Shown here piece after piece: positions 55,201 through 64,000 of a stretch of 64,000 nt of DNA (positions within the stretch are counted from its first letter, which is position 1; each line of letters starts with the position of its first letter). The position numbers and the translations under genes are program-made. The stretch spans positions 20,088,001-20,152,000 of the forward strand of contig JAQFVV010000003.1 of assembly GCA_028023455.1 (NCBI GenBank), given 5' to 3'. Source of the DNA: Epiperipatus broadwayi (lineage: Eukaryota; Animalia; Onychophora). The notes beneath the pieces were generated by a model. That model searched no databases. It was not told the DNA's origin and saw only the letters and a list, made by a program, of their open reading frames with translations.

Positions 55201-56448
55201 CTTTAGAAGTGGTAGATAGTATAGCTATATTTAAAGAATCTAAACTTAATGTGGTTGTTGTTGACGAATGTAAACTTGAGGTAGATAGGATAGAGTCAAC
55301 TAAATATAATTTAATCTGTATATGAAAAATCCAAAATTAATGTGGATTTAATAGAACAATCTCAACAATTCAAAATTGATGAAGAGATTGAAAACTACTA
55401 TAAAACTGATGCAATAAATATTGAAGAATCTAAATTAGATGATGTGATTATGGATGATTATGATATTGTTATGAAAATGTCAAAAAAGATTAAAATTTAT
55501 GCAGGTATTGAAATGGATACTGAAGTTAATACAGAAATTATGTTTAGGAAGAATAGTTGTAAAAAGGCAAAAGTAAACATATTATATAAGTTAGAAGTTT
55601 TTAATAATGCCATGCACAAGAAAACTCAGTCTCATACTTTTATGAAACTTCATACAGATGTAGAGATATTAAAGAAAAAGTTAATAAAAAATCTTACAGT
55701 AGAAAATATATAGGAGTATGTAGGTGAGAGTAATCATAATAAAAGAAATAGTAGTGACAATAATCAGGAATCTGAAGAAACTCATACACAATTCTTCTTT
55801 AGACAAGTTCTTAGGATGAAATATCTCATTGTATTTATTCTATCATAAGGACAGACCATTCATATTAGAAGTTGTGATTAATCAATATATATATATATGT
55901 TATGTTAAATGAGCTGGAATATTTCTTTAAAAAATATGGCCAAGATGATAAAAGAATTAACCTTAAATGGAATGTAGTGATATTAAAAAGAATATTGTTT
56001 TTTCTAAAAGTAAAAAAATTAAACCCCATCTTAATGAAGTGGTAGCAATCAAAATTTTGCTACAATACTAAAACAAAAAACTTGGGAAACTTAAATAGTT
56101 TTGCTATCATGAAATACAAAGTCATGAGTATGACAATTTTAACTATGAATATGTGAATTTATTAGATTCCAATGTAGGAAAAGTTTTCAGTGGTAAATGC
56201 TTACAGTTACTGTAATGTATAGTTTGTAGTAGTGACTATAGGAGAATTGCTTTTGTATGGTATTAGAATATTATATTTCTTGGGAATAATGAAAATAAAT
56301 ATAGATCTAAATGGATATACCAGCATAGCAAAATTGTTACTTTATACAAGAGATATGTTAAGTTAAAATCTAAAAATTTAAATAGGTATTATTTATAGTT
56401 GTATTTAGTTTTATTGGTGATTAATAAATTAATTGAGGTTGTCTATAT

Positions 56449-56897
56449 CAGGGATGTCCAACAAGTCGATCGTAATCCACCGGTCGATCGCAAAGTCATT
56501 TTTGGTCGATCCCTAGGCCAATCTGGCAAGAGCTATTGGGTTGTTATTTTTGTTTTTGTTCTAATTTTTTTTTTCCAATTCTAGATAGATGAAGTCCACT
56601 AAGTGGTATCATTATTGAAAACAATATTTTTAATCTTGATTTAATGTAGCTAATTTGAATTAATAAATATTGTTAATGATTACTCATGTTGCTTTAATTT
56701 CTCCGACATAAGTTTTTTGGCCTGTTAAATAATTGTTATTTTTTACTAGGTAGATATATAAAAATAGTATGTATTTCACACCTCCATCCACTTAGACTAT
56801 GCCTATGACAAGTCAATCGCCTATGATAACAAGTCGATCGCAAAACAGTTTTAAAATAAAAAGTAGATCTTATGAACACAAAAGTTGGCCACCCCTG
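56449..56897. mobile_element. hAT (Charlie-like) MITE
   Basis: TIRs cagggatgtccaac / gttggccacccctg; 8-bp TSD gtctatat (56441-56448) / gtctacat (56898-56905); internal gtcgatcg repeats; no ORF. Confidence 0.9.
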
Positions 56898-58989
56898 GTC
56901 TACATCATTAGAATTTTAATGAGATTAAAGAAATTCATAATTCTAGAGGTCATAACCAATATTTTTTATATCAAAAATTGGACAATCTACACTATATTTC
57001 CTTATTAGTTTTTTTTATGTACATAAATATAAGTGTCTATATTTGGTTGTTGTTTTTTTAATATTGTAAGTAAATATTTTTGTATAATTATTTTATATTT
57101 GAGTTAATAGTTAACTCACTTCTGAATAGAAGTTTTATATTATAAGAAAGTCAGAATAAAATTTTTCATTTTTTTTAAAAAATAAATATAATTGTTAAAT
57201 GTAATAAAAATACACTTTTGTGAAAGGAAGTTTAATGAAATGATATATTCCATAGGAATATATTTCATTGGTGTATAAATTAAGAAAAAATATATGGAAA
57301 AGAAATTTTATTTAATGATTTTTAAAAATGTGATGTCATGAAGTGTGTTTAAAATATTGTATTGTTATTATTATTGTTTAAAAACATAATTAAAATTTAA
57401 AAAGAACATTATTGTATTTTATAATAGTACAAAATATTTTGTTGAATAAAAATATTAATCTATAAAGAACTGATATAATTTTTATTTTATTGAATATTCT
57501 TAAATAAACTGCAAAATAATTTATTATTCTGATGGCTCTTTGCCAAGAATAATTTCTTGTAAAACTGACTGCTCACATGAATAGATCGTGATGCTTTAAA
57601 AAAAATAAAAATAATAAAATTTTAAGCTCTATAAAATGAACTTTTAAATAAATATTTTTTATCCCAGAAAGGAGAGCCCAAACTCAAATGGATAACCTAT
57701 TCTTCCATATCTTTATCAACAATGAATAGGAGTACTTTTCAAACCATTATCTGCAGCAAAAATATATTTTCATTCAGACCTGTCTTCTGTTCATATATTT
57801 AAAAATGGATCTCCGTAATGGACAGAATCATCTGCTTCAGTTTAATGATTTTAGCACTTCTTCAATTAATTGCCTTTTACTGATAAACAAAACACAATAA
57901 ATAAAATCAATTTATCAATCTTTTATGAAATATATATTTATTTTAAAAATAAAATATTTTCCTTTATACAACTATTTATTACTATGTGCAGTATTTAAAT
58001 TAATCTTTTCACATATTCTATTGGAATAGTCAAAATATGGTATAAATTCAAATAATAGTAATTTATTATTATTTATGAAAGTATACCAATGTCATATGTC
58101 GGTGCACATTGTAAAATATATAATCTTTGTTATTTAATGATAATTATTTATAATTTTAAGTTTATAATGATGTTTAATTGTTAATGAGTATTTATTTTGC
58201 ATATGGAAGTCGACCAATGCTGCATGTATTAACAGTTTGGATATTGTGTAATTGAATGTATTTAGATTGATATTATTAGTTCTAGTTATAAACTGCCTAT
58301 GGCTTCGTTTTTATAATGACTTAGTTGTAATAAATACTTTTATAAGAACATGGCTTATATCATTATACCTTAATGAGTATGGCTATAATAATAAATTATT
58401 ACTGATATTATTCAAATATAAATGTGGTCTTAAGTACAGTTGCTCATTTAAAGCCATTATTTTAAATATTATTATACTATTGAGTTTGTCTTATCTTTAA
58501 CAGGCATTTCACTCATTGCTTCCTTTTATAAGTCCTCAGTATATAAGTTGCTGGATTAGTAATTATTTATATCAATGCTGGCTTGGTTTATTTTGCCAAT
58601 ATGTTTAATTGTCAATCATGTGGCACATTGATTGTTTTTAATGTGTCAATTTAAGTATTTATGGCTGTTACATTATTGTTGTTTTTTTTTTAAATAAATT
58701 ATTTTGTTTATTAAATACAGATTTTGTTTATTTTATTATTGATCATTAATTGATTAATAATTTGAATAAAATTCTAAATTATTGATATGCTAAACATAAG
58801 TAGAACTCATGACAGGAAAACGTGTATCTTTTCTCCAAGATTTTTTATTAGTTAGAAGATTTTTTTAATATATAATTTGTGGCTTCCCAAGATTTGGATG
58901 TGATTTTGCTAATAAACTTAACTTCCTTTTTTGGTATTTGCTTTCATTAGTTAGAAATGTTAGATAATAATTTAGTATAAGAAAGAGAT

Positions 58990-59300
58990 TTAGATCTATT
59001 ATCTAGTGGGGCCTTCTAGTGAAGTTACATATCAAAATTGCTAAGAGAAGCTATAAAGATTTTTAAAAAGCCCAAGATCATAAATGAAAGGTGCGAATTA
59101 AAGAAGATTAACACTTCTCAACCAATAGAATTTAAGTATGAGGAGAAACAAAAAGATAAAAACGATTTTAAATCTCACACGCATTCCTATGATTTGAGAA
59201 AGAGATCGCTTTGAGGAGGGTACTTATTATTGTACCGAAACGTCAGCTATTTTACCACATGGAATATCCCCAAAATAATAATAATATGAAATCATATATA
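58990..59300 (+). mobile_element. Penelope-like element 3' end with HHR
   Basis: KLLREAIKIFKKPKIINERCE (~59035-59100) resembles the PLE endonuclease C-terminus and is followed by a minimal HHR. Boundaries approximate. Confidence 0.65.
59205..59250 (+). ncRNA. Minimal PLE-type type I hammerhead ribozyme (C3-to-U)
   Basis: atcgct TTGAGGA g-ggtac-ttattatt-gtacc GAAAC GTC agctat: stem I gct/agc, stem II ggtac/gtacc, palindromic ACGU stem III. Confidence 0.7.
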
Positions 59301-61259
59301 GGATCCTTAAGCATGCATTTAATGTGCATATGCTAACTACAATTATAGCCTCTAAAATATCAAAAATGTCCACAAGATAGTTTATAACAGAATTCACTCA
59401 AATCTGTAGTTATTATCTAACATAAGCTTAAGCATTTATTGTGCTTGGGTTGAAAATCTTAGAATGGTGGAAAACATAGACCATTATTTGAAAAGCATTT
59501 CAATAAAAATATTGATAGATATAATGCAGATAGTACACCTATTGAACACATCCAACAGAAAAGTCTGGAATTATGTTTTGACATTACTGTAGGGCATCAA
59601 TGTATTTATATTTACATTGTGAACTTTGAATAATATCAGATAGACATTTAATACATACACAGAGCTATTCTTAAAGAACATAGATATTTTAAAAGTAAAT
59701 AATTTTAATACTGATTTTAAAAAAAACATTTTTCATTTCAGCCAATAAACATTATTAGAAATAAGGAATATAATATTAATTTTGCATTTGCACAATTAAA
59801 AAATATTGACTTTATAAAACTGTCAAAGTTTGCCTGTTAACCTGTCATTTTAATGAAAACAGTAATTCCACATTGATAAAGTCACATATAAAGAATGTCA
59901 AGTGTATAAATTTGAAAAACTTGAAAATATTGAATTTGCAGCCAAATGCTGAAACTGTCAAATTTTCCTATTATGTAATTTTAAAATGTTTTAAAAATGG
60001 CAATATAATAAATATCAGTATTCTTTTATATTCATTAAAAAAAAAATCCTTAATATATAAAACATGAGATGTTGTTAAGACTTAATGAAAAAGAATGATT
60101 AAGTTAATGTTTATAATCAAAAATATTTTCTGGATGCCAGCAGCCTTTGATATGAGACTCTTTGGGAGTCATCAAACAAATTCTGTAATAAATTTCACAA
60201 TTATATATATATAAAAGTAATTAAATATTGTTTTGCAATATGTAATACTATAAGCTACTGCATATTTTTTAGAATGATTATAAAAAATATTATAAGAATA
60301 AAATATAATAATCCTTCAAAAGAAAAGAGAATTAAAAAAGATTAGATATTGTTCATTCAAACTCTAAAATTACAAGCTATTATGTTTGAGCTTATGCATG
60401 TAATCAGATTATTATAGTAAATAAAATATTTGAAAAAATGAATAAAATAAAAAGCAATTAATTTATCAGTAATTATGATTTCATTTTAAAATGATTAAAT
60501 CATTTTACATAAATATTAAATTTTTTATATATGATTAAAATTTATTAACAGAATACCATCTAAAGCAATTATTAAACTTCAACAACTTTTAGAACAGATC
60601 AAGACATATACAAATGCATACACATATTCTTATGTGTCATTGTTCACAAATATAAATACATATGTATTTGTATAAAATGTACATGTAACTGTATATTTGC
60701 ATGTCTTGCAAGTATATGCATATTAACATTTAAATCAAAGATACTATTAAAGTGCCCTCTAGTAAGCTCATGACAAAATAAAAAACTAGATGATATATAT
60801 ATAATAGCTAACTTCTGAATTATAATAAACTGTAAGACAGGCTCATAGCAGCAGTTTCAAAAAACACCAGCAGCTGTTCAAACCCTTAAATATTACTAAC
60901 AACAAATAAAAACATAGAATAGAATAAGATTACAATTCAGAAGTTGTGTATTATATATATATACAATCTATATAATTACTTTACCATGAGTTCAACAGGA
61001 AGCACTTTAATGTTTTGATTCATATAAATGTGAGAGATTCACCTTTGTGGTTTACCTCAAAGATATGAATAGCAAACATTGACCTGAAGTATCCAGGATT
61101 AATTCTCAATTAAATAACATAACTGTAAAAAAATAATCTCACTTCAGTTAATTAAATGAATTGTTGTATTCAATATGCCATTACAATGTTCAAACATCTT
61201 ATAAACTCTGAAGTAATATTTATTTAATTTCAGTCACTAATATAATAAATTGTCATCAT

Positions 61260-61640
61260 CATTTTCAAACCACTATAGCATGAAGGTTTCTCCAAGTTTA
61301 ATCCAGTTTTTCTGATCCACAGCTTCTCTAGAAATTTCTTTATTCCATCTATCTCTACCATGGTCTTTTTCTAAATCATGATAGTCTAGTGGGATCTAAT
61401 TTAAAATCTCTTCTAATGTGTCCAAATGAATTCCATTTCAGATTCCTAATTTTTTCAATTATATTCTGTTTGTTCTCTCATCCATATATTTTGATTTTCT
61501 TATCATCCACTATATAATTTCTTCATAGTTTACTGATTAATGTGATATCTCTGTGTTGTTCTTTTATTAAGCATTTAATTCTTGTATTTATATTGAGATA
61601 GTGAACTCTCTCAATACATAATTTATTTTAAAAATATCAT
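61260..61640 (-). mobile_element. RTE-like LINE 3' remnant
   Basis: Minus strand HLDTLEEILN and AVDQKNWIKL resemble the RTE C-terminus. Confidence 0.45.
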
Positions 61641-62449
61641 AGTTGGCAATTGTGAATCAAATTCAGGTTTCATAAGATTAAGTTTTTCTATATATAGGCT
61701 TATATTATATATACACGCATTGGTAAAGGTCTGCATTTAAAATCAAATAAGGTCAATTTTATTTTAGTTTTAAAAAGATAAAGAAACTGATTTATTTTAA
61801 TTAAAAGTATTTCAAATAAATCTGTTGTAAAGCCTACAAGAACATAGGTTAATTAAACAATAATCTATAAAATTAGACTGTATTATTATTAATTAAAATT
61901 TCATGGAAAATAATTTCTTTTAAATTTTATTTCAAGTTTTGAAAATGTCAGTTAAATAATTTTAGGAATTAAGATGATTAAGTGACATGTATAAACGTAT
62001 CGGTATGTTTAATTGAAGAATTGTAAAAACACATAGGCTTGTTTAATTAAAGAATTTTGTAAACATGTGGGATTGTTAATTAAAAAAACAAATGTGTTTT
62101 GAAATGTGGATAAATATAAAAAGACCAGCTCAGAAAATAATTGTGCTTTTGAATCTTGATTTTGCCTGCTTAACATGAAGAATACTGAATCTCTATCAGC
62201 AACTGAATTAATAAATAAGCATTGCTACTTATCACAAATATTTCTTCAGCACGTAGCCCATAACCATCAGGATATTGAATGCTGCTTGCTAACAATGATC
62301 CAACACTGTTCCAACTATTTTCACACATGTAGTTAAACAGATATACTTCCCAACAATAATTTAATCCAATTGCGACTAAGAATGGAAACCTGTAAATGGA
62401 AAACTTTGCTAGTAAACTACCAAAGAGCTTTCTTTTCACTAATGTATGT

Positions 62450-62880
62450 ATATATATAAAATATTATTTTTGGGAATAAACCGTGTATTATTTTGTATTA
62501 CAATCCGATATTTCGATGGACTAGCAACTGCCATTATCAAGGTTAACTTTTGAAAAAAAAAATCATTAGATCTCAAACAATAACGTGACTCAGTGCGAGA
62601 TGAGATTCAACTTGAAGTAGTTCAGCATTCACAATATGAGACTTATCAAAATGTTTATTTCCCTCAGTTTTTTTCACCTATTAATTTTAAGTTAATATTA
62701 GATCAAATGAGAGGTTTCCACATAGTTGGAATACGTTGTGCTTCATCAACCCTATTTAAACCAGTAGGTCTCTTTAATATTTCAATTGACTCTCTCATGG
62801 TTCTTAAATCATATCTTTCCAAATTAGCAAGTATTTTTGTATTGTCAAAATCAGGTTTGTTATTTCTAAAAAATGGGAAG
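62450..62880 (-). mobile_element. Penelope-like element 3' remnant
   Basis: 62703-62864 minus reads NNKPDFDNTKILANLERYDLRTMRESIEILKRPTGLNRVDEAQRIPTMWKPLI*, a typical PLE endonuclease C-terminus. A degenerate HHR-like motif follows at 62503-62544. Confidence 0.8.
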
Positions 62881-63104
62881 TAAAAACTGATGTGCTAATT
62901 TTTTGATTAATATATATATATATATATGATTCTACTTTTATAGAGAAATACCTACTCAGCTGTATTACTTTTATAAACTTTTAAATTTTTATTATCAACA
63001 AACCAGTTATAAAAACAGGTAAACTTTTCATACAGTAACGCCATTCAGTGTAAGCCAGAGTAATCAATGGATGCCAGAAGGCTTGTGCATAAAGTGCCTA
63101 CTTA

Positions 63105-63161
63105 TCCAATATCCCCAGACTAGTTTCTAGCTTGTGGCTTTCATCAGTGAGGAGCCTTGGA
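63105..63161 (-). ncRNA. Type I hammerhead ribozyme, intact core
   Basis: Minus strand: UCCAA-GGC-UCCUCA CUGAUGA A-AGC-CACAA-GCU-A GAAAC UA GUC UGGGGA-UA-UUGGA. Stem I is bipartite, stem II is AGC/GCU, stem III is palindromic ACUAGU. Predicted cleavage between 63118 and 63117. Confidence 0.85.
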
Positions 63162-63557
63162 TCTGAGAGCACTGCACCTAGATCTTAGGATCTAATTCAA
63201 CCCTCTAGCAGCCACCTTTTATCTCTACTTAATGACAAAACTATGAGAATAAAATTGAAAACAGAATATTTTCAATCCAAGATCATTAGCTTATATAGTC
63301 ATATAGGTCTGAACTCAGTTCAGTACCCACATATCTTGGTGCCTTTGATTTTTTAATAACCATAGCCACCACTATCCTATTAGGCAGGATTGGTATTAAA
63401 ACACTAAACATCATATGATCACCATTTCATATGTTTTCTCATAACTGTTATTAAAACAGGCAAAACTCCCCATACAGTAGTGCCACTCAGTGCAAGTTAG
63501 AGTAATCAATGGATACCAGAAGACTTATGCATAAAATACCTATCTAGTGCCTACTCA

Positions 63558-63614
63558 TCCAATATCCCCAGACTAGTTTCTAGCTTGTGGCTTTCATCAG
63601 TGAGGAGCCTTGGA
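63558..63614 (-). ncRNA. Type I hammerhead ribozyme, intact core
   Basis: Same 57-nt sequence as 63105-63161. Predicted cleavage between 63571 and 63570. Confidence 0.85.
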
Positions 63615-63726
63615 TCTGAGAGCACTGTGCTTAGATATTAGGATCTAATGCAACCTTCCAGCACCCACCTTTTGTCTCTACTTAACTACAAAACTGAGAA
63701 TAAAATTGAAACCACGATATTTTCAA

Positions 63727-63775
63727 TCCAAGCTCACTGATGAAAGCCACAAAGCTATAAACTGGGGATATTGGA
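63727..63775 (+). ncRNA. Defective HHR copy (GAAA mutated, cleavage triplet deleted)
   Basis: ctca CTGATGA aagccacaaagcta TAAAC tggggatattgga; lacks tagtc. Confidence 0.75.
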
Positions 63776-64000
63776 TGAGTAGGCACTAGATAGGGATTTT
63801 ATGCACAAGCCTTCTAGCATCCATTGATTACTCTGGCTTGCACTGAGTGGCACTACTATACGGAAAGTTTTGCCTGTTTTAATAACAGTTATGAGCAAGC
63901 ATAAGAAATAGTGATCATGTGATATTTAGTGGTTTAAAACCAGTTATATTTATAATTTAGATGATTTTATGTATTTATCTTTTATAGTAACACATTTTAG

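Larger units (their letters stand above)
63012..63936. mobile_element. Hammerhead retrozyme-like element, tandem + foldback, 12-bp TSD
   Basis: TSD aaaccagttata at 63000-63011 and 63937-63948. About 1.5 tandem units on minus (two HHRs 453 nt apart) joined to a plus-strand partial unit. Confidence 0.9.

Noticed and set aside
64-62883. Six-frame ORFs as independent genes
   Set aside because: They are short, low-complexity chance ORFs or pieces and antisense shadows of decayed retroelements. The real exons (EOGT) are spliced and are not captured as such by the track.

Overview
Very AT-rich, CpG-poor animal (probably invertebrate) genomic DNA; the species cannot be determined from the sequence. 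The only host gene I can support is EOGT (EGF-domain O-GlcNAc transferase). Its last three coding exons lie on the minus strand at 50456-50547, 33636-33738 and 27883-28047 and end in HDEL-stop. The rest is intron or intergenic DNA full of decayed retroelements: esterase-ORF1 LINEs, RTE-like LINE fragments, four Penelope-like (PLE, GIY-YIG) 3' remnants, a hAT MITE and tandem duplications. The most striking system is a non-coding ~450-nt repeat family carrying a type I hammerhead ribozyme (HHR), i.e. retrozyme-like. It has seven insertions and 11 HHR copies, two of them with an intact catalytic core. The unit occurs as circularly permuted, greater-than-unit-length tandems. It inserts as head-to-head foldbacks with two recurrent, offset ends and 9-14 bp target-site duplications (TSDs), the same geometry as the PLE remnant at 28.1-29.2 kb. 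The two intact HHRs are 453 nt apart, in tandem, and on the EOGT sense strand. A second ~465-nt foldback family has HHR-like core motifs but no convincing stem II. All alignments, folds and translations were done by eye, and ribozyme activity is untested.
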